Source: a virus
Taxonomy: Duplodnaviria; Caudoviricetes
Strand: one strand, 5' to 3'
Virus record (IMG/VR): IMGVR_UViG_3300006133_000325
DNA: 64,000 nt
Shown one piece after another: positions 1 to 8,336 of the stretch. The position numbers and the translations under genes are program-made. The first letter of the stretch is position 1; the number at the start of each line of letters is the position of its first letter. Under the pieces are notes generated by a model that saw nothing but the letters and a program-made list of their open reading frames with translations, ran no database searches and was not told the origin of the DNA.

Positions 1-42
1 TATATCATAAAAACATCTCCATGTATGGCAAACAGGTTTATG

Positions 43-645
43 TTATTCCTTGATATACTCAACACCATATATTCCATCATCGGTATCGTAGAATGTAGTT
101 ACTAAACCTTCTTCATTTTTGCACTCTACTTTGTTTTTATTGACCTCGTATGTTCCAGTAAAAATTTCATTTATATCATCGCTTCCACTAATTCCAATAT
201 ACCTATAACTTCCCTCTTGCATAAAATAAACCTTAAAGACTAAATCATCTGCTACACGTGAAGATATCTCTGAGTCTTGCAATTTGATTGGTAATTTTCC
301 TTCCCATTTTGAGCAAATATTTCCTTTATATATGTATCCAAATTCTAAGCCATCAAAGTCATTATCTGAATCATTACCTTGGAATAATACTAACTTATTT
401 CCATCAATATTATATGTTCCATAATCATACCAATTAACTCCCATATCATCTAACTCTTTTCCATAATCATCAATTTCATAATAGTTGGTAGCATATGTTC
501 CATCTTTTGAAAATTCATAATAAATTTTTGTGCCAACCCCCACATACTTACCTTCAAGAGTATTTTTATCAGTGCCACACCCAGTTAATCCTAGTAAACA
601 TAACAAGACGACAACTCCAACAATAGAATACATTTTTTTAATCAT
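43..645 (-). CDS. Lipoprotein moron, antisense to the tail operon (candidate superinfection exclusion)
   Basis: Signal peptide with lipobox LGLTG|C; two similar acidic beta-rich halves; own TGnTATAAT -10 at 683-691 (- strand) and AAGGGG RBS. Confidence 0.75.
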   Translation of the reverse strand: MIKKMYSIVGVVVLLCLLGLTGCGTDKNTLEGKYVGVGTKIYYEFSKDGTYATNYYEIDDYGKELDDMGVNWYDYGTYNIDGNKLVLFQGNDSDNDFDGLEFGYIYKGNICSKWEGKLPIKLQDSEISSRVADDLVFKVYFMQEGSYRYIGISGSDDINEIFTGTYEVNKNKVECKNEEGLVTTFYDTDDGIYGVEYIKE

Positions 646-776
646 ATCATAATACCCCTTTTCTTTGCTATTGTTTTTATCAATTATATCACAAAACCTT
701 CATCATGTATACCTACTTTCTATAACTACCTATTATAGAAAATTATATTCACGACCTCCACAGTCGTAACCACAGT

Positions 777-3700
777 TTGACATTCAGAAATATTGATGAA
801 GGTATAAAGGTATTTGATAAACCAATAACAGCGATAAAAGGAATTGTTGATAGTTTAAAATCGTATAATTCCATGTTGTCGAAATCAACGGATTTACAAA
901 AGTCTCATATTAAAACTGTTACGCAACAAAATTCTTCATTAGGAAATTATTTATCTAGATTAAACGGCGCAGAAGCATCTTTGGGTGGTTACACAAAATC
1001 TCTAATCAAGTCAAAAATTGCTTCTATTGGATTGCAGGCGGCTTCCCTTGCGTTAAATGCTGCTATCACAATGGGAGTGTCTATAGGGATAAGTCTCCTT
1101 GTGTCGCAAATCGCAAAAATGATACGGGCTAAAGAAGAGGCTAGGAAAAAGACCTTAGAACTGACCAATGCGCATAAGGAAGAACAAGAGACTTTAGATG
1201 GACAGATTGCAAAATATAAGGAGTTAAAGACTAAACTTGATAATGAAAATTTATCGGTTGATGAATCACGTTCTATAAAGGAACAGTTGTTGGAAATTCA
1301 GGAATCTTTAATTGGCTTATATGGAGAAGAAGCCTCTAACCTTGACCTCGTTAATGGTAAATATAGGGAACAACTTGGATTATTAGGGCAGCTTACTAAA
1401 GAAAAGGCTACGGAATATGTTATTGAAAATAGGGATACTTTTGAGGATGCTAAAAAGGCTCTTAATAAAACAAGAGAATTTAAAATTTGGAATACTTCAT
1501 GGAATCCATATTCTCCAAAAACAAAAGAACAAGAAAAAAAACTAAATTATTTAGAATCATACAGCGATCTAATATATTCACATGATGGTGGAAATGGATA
1601 CAGTGCGGGTGGTTATAGTATAATGAATGTCTCCATCAAAGCCGACACCGAATCAGCCGACGAACTCATGCATCAACTGGCAATCGACCTTGAAGCCTGG
1701 GGAAAAGAAAATAACATCGACGTATCTGACATCTTAAACAACATCTCAGCCCAACTTAGAAACACCTGGACAGACGAGCTACAAGAATACAAAACCATCT
1801 ACGATGAATTCATGAAAGCAGAAGTTATCCGTAATGATACTTTACGTCCCCTATATGACCAATCCATCCAGGCGGTTGAGGACTATAATGCTGCCCTTTC
1901 CTCTGGTGAAGGTATCGAAGAGGCAAAAGCGAATTTGGATTCCATACAGCAATCTGTTAGCGAAGCAACTGGTGAATTAGAAGGGTCTCAAGGTGTTTTT
2001 GATAACATCTATGGTTATATCAATAAAGATGCAGAAGCCGCATATAATCTATCCAATGCCTTCCAAGACGATGACGTTAAATCATACGCAGAACAATTAC
2101 GTGGTCTTTCTGACATTGATTTAAAAGCAATCAAGTTTGATAATAAAAACCTGGAAAAAGGTGAGCAAGCTTTTAAAGCACTTCTGGGCTATCTTGGTAT
2201 GACAGAGGAGGAAGCTGGTTTTGTTATCGACAAACTGGTTGAATTAGGATATGTTCAGGGTGAAATCAAAGAAACAGTAGAGAATACCGAAACATCCACT
2301 CCTCTTGGTTTTACTATTTCGGATGACCAGTCCAAAGCTCTAGATGCTTATCAATCTATGGTAAGTACAATTAATGACGCAATGGAAAAGCTTGCCATCG
2401 GTTCTTTGAGTGCATCCGAAGCCCTTGACTTAATTCAGTTTATTATGTCCACCGATCCAAAGTTTGACTTGATGATGTATCGCGCTGCTGATGGAACGAT
2501 TAACCTTACAAAAGCTTTGGAGCATTTGGAAAACACTACCATGCAGCAACTAATCGCGCAGCATCCAGAGCTTGAATCAGAAATCCTTGCTCTACATGAC
2601 ACACTGGAAACCGTGACTTCTAAAATCAATCGCTTGACAAATGAATACTATGAGGTCGTTGATGTTTTAGATAAAATGAAGCGTGGAGTTGCCCTAACGG
2701 CAGTAGAAGCCGCAGAACTTATCAATAAGCACAGTGAACTCGCTGGAGCAGTACAGTTGACAGCAGAAGGCATTTATTTTGAAAATGATGCCTTAACTGA
2801 TCTGGCAAACCAATGTAGCAAAACTGCCAATGATTCTATCGCTGCCGCTATTGTTCAAACCAAAGGCATTATAGAAGAAACCAAAAAGCGTATTAGTGTC
2901 TATGAAATAGAAGCACAGGCACAGCAAGACTTGTTGAATTCAGTGGCTAGTCCAAAGCTTGATCCAAATGCTAGTGTAGAAGAAAATTCAAAGCTTTTAG
3001 AACAATCACAATCCGGTCTTTTATCTGAGTATAAAAATCAAGTGATTGAAACTCATCAAAACCTAATATGGCTACATCAAAAGAAAGAACAAGAAGAGAT
3101 TAACTTAACTGGTTATATTGATCAACTGGATCGAGTCTTAAACACCGACAACAAATATTTGATAGGCGGTTCAAAGTCACCCGGTAAAAGTACTGCAAAG
3201 GAATTTTCTGGCAGCATTGACCTCATTTCCGAATCCATTACTACGCTAACTGAGAAGATTTCCTTAATGGAAGCCGAATTAGAAAATATTACCGATCCTA
3301 CTGAACGTTTGAAACAGTTGAAGGCAATAGAAGCTGAGGAAAAGAATCTTATAACTGCCTATCAAAAGGGTGAAGCGAAATATAAGAAGCAGTATGAATC
3401 ACTCAAAAAAGGGCTTCCTCAAGAATACATTGATGCTATTGAAAATGGAACCACTTATAAAATCAAGAAATTAAAAGGAGAAGACGGAGAAAAACTTTAT
3501 AATCAGTTCCAAGAAGCCGCTGAAGCTCATCGTAATGAACAGGCTATGGCAAAAGGCGCAGAGGAAGCCACTAATAAATGGGCAAAGTCCTTAGACTGGG
3601 CTGCCGAAGAAATCAATAATATCACTTCGGAACTTGCTATGTTCGAGTCTATGCTGGATAATTCGGAATCCTATAAAAATATTATCAAATACTGTGATAT

Positions 3701-6389
3701 CATAATTGACAAACAGAAAGAATTGCGGGATTCCACCGAAGATCTATTAGGTGTCCGGGAAAAAGAATATGAGGAATCCTTAAAACTGCTGACACCAGAG
3801 CAGAGGAAGGCAGTAGAATCCAATGACCTGGAAAAGATAGAATCATGGAAAGGACGAGTAGGGGAAGAAAAATACAATCGGGTGACGGACGCCCTGGAGA
3901 AAAAGAGAAAACGAGATGAAGCAAGAAGTAATCTCCATAAAGAACATGAAACCTGGCAAAACTCCTACTTAGATAAAGCCAATAGAGTTGGACAATGGTA
4001 CGATTATCGTACCGACAATATCGACACCCGAAAAGACGCTATCCAAAATGAAATCAATATGCGGGAAGCCAGCGGACTTGCTGTCCCGGCTGCTTATTAT
4101 GAAAAAATAGCTGATCTGGAAAGGAATAAACTTGACTACCTCAAACGGAAACAGGAAGACATCAATAAAATTTTAAAAGATGGTATGGCAAGCGGAGCCA
4201 TCGCTGAATATTCTCCAGAATGGTATGCTTTAACTGGGCAGATCCAGGACACAAATTTAGCGATACAGGATTGTCAATCCAATATCATTGATATGAATAA
4301 TGCTGTTCGTGATTTAAAATGGGATAACTTTGATAAGCTAATGGATAAGTTAGAAGCTATTAACGAAGAAGCTGATTTCCTGATTGACTTGATGTCTCAT
4401 GCTGATCTGATTGATGACAATGGAAAGTATACCGAAGAAGGACTTGCTACTCTAGCGATGCATCGTACCAAATACCAGACAAAGCAGGAAGAAGCCAAAA
4501 AATATAAAGCAGAAGCAGATTCTTTAGCAAATGCCACGGATGAAGACTCTATCCGACGCAGAGAAGAACTTCTTGCCCTGCAGCGTGAGTGCATTTCTGC
4601 TGCCGAAGCTGAAAAACAGGCTATGATCGAACTGGCGCAAGAGGGTATCCAAAAGCAGATCGACAACATGGGCGAGTTGATTGACAAGAAGAAGGAAGCT
4701 TTGCAGGCAGAACGGGAGTTACAGGAATACCGAGAATCCATTGCCGAAAAACAGAAAAAAGTCACCGATATCGAAAAAGCCCTGGTTGCTCTTTCTGGAG
4801 ATGATTCCGAAGAAGCGAAGAAGAAAAAGCGGCAGTTACGGGCAGAATTGGCAGACGCCAAAAAAGACTTAGAGGATACCGAGCGCGACCATGCCTATGA
4901 CGAAGAAAACAAGGCATTAGATAACCTGCTGGAAATCTATACCACCAATATGGAAGCGGTCATGAATGACACGGAAACCCTGTTCCAAAATACGATGGAA
5001 ACCGTAGACAACGCTTCTGAAACCGTAGGAAATACTATCCAGAAGGTAGCAAAAGAGGCTGGATACGAAATTACCTCCAATATTACAAATATCTGGAAAG
5101 ATTCCGCAACAGAAGCTGCCAATTCCGCCACGGTTTTTGAAAGTGTAGGAAAACGACTGACTGGTGTGATAGATGGTATTACTCTCAAATGGGCAGAAGT
5201 ACAAGCCGCAGCAGAAAAGGCAGGGGAAGCACAGCTAAAGGCAATGAACAGCGATCATATGTCTTCTGGCACGGAAGATGGTTCCATGAAAACTACCATT
5301 GAAAATTTCTTAAAGGACAGCGCTAATTACTCGAGTAAACTTGTCACAAGTAAATCAGATGAGAATTACGCTGGATTATCCAGTCTAAATAAGAGCCTTG
5401 TAGATGCTGGATACGGCAACCTGAGTTACCAGGGCATGGCTGCTTTAGCCAATCTTCTGAAAATAAACGGAGTACAAACTCATACTGCTGCTTCGGTCAG
5501 CAAAGATTCTTCTGTAAAAAAGATGTTAGAGCAAAGCTTAAAGGATTATGGGATTTTTGGAGGGACAAAACCATCTAACTCCTCTTCTGCTTCTACGCCA
5601 AAACCAGGTTCTTCTACGTCAAAGCCAACATCCAATTCTTCTACTTCTAAGACCGATAATAAAACTTCTTCTAACTACAAAACAGAAACAAAACCATTTA
5701 CGAATGAATATGTAGCTCCATTAGGACAAATAAAAACAGATTCCTTTAGCAGCTTTATCGATCCAGAACTAGAGGCGTTTTTAAAGAACAGTGCCAACTA
5801 TTCCAGTACCAGAATTACCTCTAGCTCCGATAAGGGATATTCTAAACTATCCAGTTTGAATAAAAAACTAATCAATGGCGGATATGGCAATCTAAGTTAT
5901 AATGGAATGGCAGGGCTTGCTAATCTACTACAACTGAATGGACGGACAAATTATACTAGTACAGAATTGCAGGCAAACAACAATCTGAAAACGCTGCTAG
6001 AAGAAGAATTAACCAAACGGAAGATACCAGGTTTTTCTACTGGCGGTATTGTGAAGTCTGTGACAGGGGAAGATGGTTTTCTATTAGCGCAGAAAGGGGA
6101 AGCAATTCTAAGCAAAGAAGCGGTTTCTGCTCTGCAAAACTTTACGACGCTGGCGACTAATCTATACCCACACATCCTTGACTTATCATCAAGACAGCAA
6201 CCAATTCCACGGGATATGGGGAGCCATATGGTAGTATCGGACAATCCTGTTCAAATTCATATTGACCATGTAGAAAATATGGAAGATTTCTTACATAAAA
6301 TGCAAGACGAACAGACACAGAAATTGTTGCAAGAAGCTATTTGGTCGCCTGTGATGGGGAAGGGTACGATGGGGATTTATAAATTTTGA
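777..6389 (+). CDS. Tail tape measure protein (probably lacking its N-terminal part)
   Basis: 1870 aa, helical/coiled-coil with an N-proximal hydrophobic segment; C-terminal GFSTGG...LAQKGEAIL; lies upstream of Dit/Tal; TTG start has no RBS. Confidence 0.9.
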   Translation: MTFRNIDEGIKVFDKPITAIKGIVDSLKSYNSMLSKSTDLQKSHIKTVTQQNSSLGNYLSRLNGAEASLGGYTKSLIKSKIASIGLQAASLALNAAITMGVSIGISLLVSQIAKMIRAKEEARKKTLELTNAHKEEQETLDGQIAKYKELKTKLDNENLSVDESRSIKEQLLEIQESLIGLYGEEASNLDLVNGKYREQLGLLGQLTKEKATEYVIENRDTFEDAKKALNKTREFKIWNTSWNPYSPKTKEQEKKLNYLESYSDLIYSHDGGNGYSAGGYSIMNVSIKADTESADELMHQLAIDLEAWGKENNIDVSDILNNISAQLRNTWTDELQEYKTIYDEFMKAEVIRNDTLRPLYDQSIQAVEDYNAALSSGEGIEEAKANLDSIQQSVSEATGELEGSQGVFDNIYGYINKDAEAAYNLSNAFQDDDVKSYAEQLRGLSDIDLKAIKFDNKNLEKGEQAFKALLGYLGMTEEEAGFVIDKLVELGYVQGEIKETVENTETSTPLGFTISDDQSKALDAYQSMVSTINDAMEKLAIGSLSASEALDLIQFIMSTDPKFDLMMYRAADGTINLTKALEHLENTTMQQLIAQHPELESEILALHDTLETVTSKINRLTNEYYEVVDVLDKMKRGVALTAVEAAELINKHSELAGAVQLTAEGIYFENDALTDLANQCSKTANDSIAAAIVQTKGIIEETKKRISVYEIEAQAQQDLLNSVASPKLDPNASVEENSKLLEQSQSGLLSEYKNQVIETHQNLIWLHQKKEQEEINLTGYIDQLDRVLNTDNKYLIGGSKSPGKSTAKEFSGSIDLISESITTLTEKISLMEAELENITDPTERLKQLKAIEAEEKNLITAYQKGEAKYKKQYESLKKGLPQEYIDAIENGTTYKIKKLKGEDGEKLYNQFQEAAEAHRNEQAMAKGAEEATNKWAKSLDWAAEEINNITSELAMFESMLDNSESYKNIIKYCDIIIDKQKELRDSTEDLLGVREKEYEESLKLLTPEQRKAVESNDLEKIESWKGRVGEEKYNRVTDALEKKRKRDEARSNLHKEHETWQNSYLDKANRVGQWYDYRTDNIDTRKDAIQNEINMREASGLAVPAAYYEKIADLERNKLDYLKRKQEDINKILKDGMASGAIAEYSPEWYALTGQIQDTNLAIQDCQSNIIDMNNAVRDLKWDNFDKLMDKLEAINEEADFLIDLMSHADLIDDNGKYTEEGLATLAMHRTKYQTKQEEAKKYKAEADSLANATDEDSIRRREELLALQRECISAAEAEKQAMIELAQEGIQKQIDNMGELIDKKKEALQAERELQEYRESIAEKQKKVTDIEKALVALSGDDSEEAKKKKRQLRAELADAKKDLEDTERDHAYDEENKALDNLLEIYTTNMEAVMNDTETLFQNTMETVDNASETVGNTIQKVAKEAGYEITSNITNIWKDSATEAANSATVFESVGKRLTGVIDGITLKWAEVQAAAEKAGEAQLKAMNSDHMSSGTEDGSMKTTIENFLKDSANYSSKLVTSKSDENYAGLSSLNKSLVDAGYGNLSYQGMAALANLLKINGVQTHTAASVSKDSSVKKMLEQSLKDYGIFGGTKPSNSSSASTPKPGSSTSKPTSNSSTSKTDNKTSSNYKTETKPFTNEYVAPLGQIKTDSFSSFIDPELEAFLKNSANYSSTRITSSSDKGYSKLSSLNKKLINGGYGNLSYNGMAGLANLLQLNGRTNYTSTELQANNNLKTLLEEELTKRKIPGFSTGGIVKSVTGEDGFLLAQKGEAILSKEAVSALQNFTTLATNLYPHILDLSSRQQPIPRDMGSHMVVSDNPVQIHIDHVENMEDFLHKMQDEQTQKLLQEAIWSPVMGKGTMGIYKF
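5307..6020 (+). repeat. Duplicated ~80-aa domain in the TMP C-terminus, separated by a Ser/Thr/Pro linker
   Basis: FLKDSANYSS...GYGNLSYQGMAALANLL (from 5307) vs FLKNSANYSS...GYGNLSYNGMAGLANLL (from 5778). Confidence 0.9.
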
Positions 6390-6396
6390 TGGATAA

Positions 6397-6422
6397 GGCA
6401 GCCAGAGAAATTACTGGCTGCC
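6397..6422 (+). terminator. Stem-loop after TMP (weak U tract)
   Basis: GGCAGCCAG-agaaatta-CTGGCTGCC. Confidence 0.5.
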
Positions 6423-6553
6423 ACTCTCCTATTCTGTTTTTACAGTAATGGAATGAGAGATAGAACATTAAAATGCAAAAATAATCTTGAAATATATTGA
6501 TGAAATTTCTGACCAAACTGGAGTTAATTTCTGAGATGATTGTATTTTTTATA

Positions 6554-6582
6554 TTGTATATTTTTAATCCGTATTGTATAAT
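6554..6582 (+). promoter_or_regulatory. Sigma-A-type promoter of the DUF3800 gene
   Basis: TTGTAT-17 bp-TATAAT; GGAGG RBS at 6607-6611. Confidence 0.65.
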
Positions 6583-6617
6583 AAATATATGTAAGTTTGT
6601 TAATGCGGAGGATGAAT

Positions 6618-7346
6618 ATGAAAGACTATTTGATATTTGTTGATGAAACTAAACCAAGTACATACCAGCCATATTTTTGTTTTGCTGGAATTGTTATAGA
6701 AAGAACACATTATGAAACAGTGCTAATACAGGAAATAAATAATTTAAAAAATCACTATTTTAATACATCTAATATAATATTTCATTTTTCTGACATGAAG
6801 AAGAATCGCAATAAATTTTCTATTTTGCAAGATGAAAAAACAAGAAATAATTTTTGGAATGACTATATTAGTCTAATAAAAAATACTTCTTTTGATATTT
6901 TAGGAATTTATTTTAATGATGCAAAAATGACGCATTTACAACATGGCAAGCAAAAAAACAATTACAACATTGGGTTCTATTTGCTATTAGATAGCTTTAT
7001 GCACTATTTAATTGATAACGATGGATATGGTCAAATTTGTGTAGAATCAAGAAGCTTTAACGAAAATAAATATTTACTTGATACATTTTATCAATATCAA
7101 CAAAATGGCTCAATATATTTTGAAAATGAAGATATCAAAAAACATTTGGCATCTATCGGTTTCAATATCAAACAAGATAATTGTATTGGATTACAGGTAG
7201 TTGATTTAATCCCATCTCAATTGATACGATATAAAGTTGGGTGCAAGAAAGATTTTTATAATTTATGCAAAACATTAAGTACAAAAATCTATAATGTTGG
7301 GACAGATTATGAAAATATTATAGGAATAAAAAACATTTTGGAATAA
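6618..7346 (+). CDS. DUF3800-family protein (RNase H-like fold)
   Basis: N-terminal YLIFVDE, IFHFSDM, central CVESR, C-terminal GLQVVD (QxxD); AT-rich insert between TMP and Dit. Confidence 0.8.
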   Translation: MKDYLIFVDETKPSTYQPYFCFAGIVIERTHYETVLIQEINNLKNHYFNTSNIIFHFSDMKKNRNKFSILQDEKTRNNFWNDYISLIKNTSFDILGIYFNDAKMTHLQHGKQKNNYNIGFYLLLDSFMHYLIDNDGYGQICVESRSFNENKYLLDTFYQYQQNGSIYFENEDIKKHLASIGFNIKQDNCIGLQVVDLIPSQLIRYKVGCKKDFYNLCKTLSTKIYNVGTDYENIIGIKNILE

Positions 7347-7349
7347 ATC

Positions 7350-7378
7350 TTGACATTATAGCATATATATTGTATAAT
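7350..7378 (+). promoter_or_regulatory. Perfect consensus sigma-A promoter immediately after the DUF3800 stop
   Basis: TTGACA(7350-7355)-17 bp-TATAAT(7373-7378). Confidence 0.9.
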
Positions 7379-7384
7379 CCATAG

Positions 7385-7508
7385 TATCATAATATTGGTG
7401 TGACCAAGAGGTATGATAGCCAAAATGATAGAGGTGTGACCTTGAAGCATTGAGGTAATATGGAGGATTAAATAGAGGCAGGTGTGACCTGCCTCTATTC
7501 TTATTTTC
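7385..7508 (+). ncRNA. Candidate DUF3800-associated small RNA of three GGU-GUG-ACC-capped hairpins; the third may act as terminator
   Basis: TATCATA-ata-TTGGT-GTG-ACCAA-gagg-TATGATA (7385-7418); AATG-ata-GAGGT-GTG-ACCTT-gaag-CATT (7424-7451); AATAGAGGCAGGT-GTG-ACCTGCCTCTATT (7471-7499) then cttatttt. Confidence 0.75.
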
Positions 7509-7532
7509 AAAAAAATAAATTGAAAGGGGTGA

Positions 7533-8336
7533 TTGCATTTGCGTGTATATTCCTGGGGATTTATCTATAATGGAATCTCCTCTGATAAAATGGGCGTTAT
7601 GCTCTGTACGTTTGACAAAAGCGGTTTTGACACTACTTCTGCCGGAGAAAAAATAGAACTATCTACGCAAAAATTAACTTCCAAAGATAGATGGTATCAC
7701 TACTCTTCTACTTTTAACGAAGCTCTAAATTTCACACTACATATTGTAAAGGTAGATAAAACTCAAATGGAACGACATGAAATCGCCGAGTATAGCCGAT
7801 GGCTGCAGCGCCGTGATGGATTTCATAAATTTCAATTTATCGGAAGTGAGTTTGCCGGAATTGAGTTTTATGCTGCTACCACCGAAATGAATGAACTAGC
7901 CGTTGGAAATGTAACCTATGGGCTGGAAATTAAAATGACTACAGATGCTTCTTATGGTCTTGCTGCAAAAACTTCTAAAATAGTACATTTAAATGGTGAA
8001 AATACCTATACCTATATGAATCAATCAGATGATTATGGTTATCTTTATCCTGATATAAAAGCCACTCTACACGATTCTGGAGATTTTATTCTTATAAATC
8101 AATTTGACCAACGTCAAACTACCATTAAAACTTGTATCTCTGGTGAAATCATTACCATGAATGGAGATTTAAAAAGCATTGAATCTACGAATCCCAACAA
8201 GCTAGAAGATCGATTTAACTGGAAATGGTTCCGATTTTGCCGCGAGGATTACAGCAATCAAAATGTCATCTCCTCTTCTCTCCCATGTACCATAGAATTT
8301 ACCTATCAAAATATCCGAAAGGTAGGTGTTTCTTGA
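7533..8336 (+). CDS. Distal tail protein (Dit-like)
   Basis: Position after TMP; FIYNGISS..MGV N-terminus; 267 aa; RBS AAGGGGTG. Confidence 0.75.
   Translation: MHLRVYSWGFIYNGISSDKMGVMLCTFDKSGFDTTSAGEKIELSTQKLTSKDRWYHYSSTFNEALNFTLHIVKVDKTQMERHEIAEYSRWLQRRDGFHKFQFIGSEFAGIEFYAATTEMNELAVGNVTYGLEIKMTTDASYGLAAKTSKIVHLNGENTYTYMNQSDDYGYLYPDIKATLHDSGDFILINQFDQRQTTIKTCISGEIITMNGDLKSIESTNPNKLEDRFNWKWFRFCREDYSNQNVISSSLPCTIEFTYQNIRKVGVS

Noticed and set aside
2435-6244. Short antisense and alternative-frame ORFs inside TMP, and similar ones across the window
   Set aside because: Shadow ORFs of long genes, without RBS or recognisable motifs
7385-7499. GGTGTGACC x3 as a CRISPR mini-array
   Set aside because: Repeat is only 9 nt, spacing is uneven (36 and 48 nt), the flanks pair as stems, and no cas operon is present
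8225-8335. N-terminal extensions called by the ORF track (8225, also 14282, 26290, 22766, 36835)
   Set aside because: They overlap upstream genes or non-coding ends; downstream starts have an RBS or stop-start coupling
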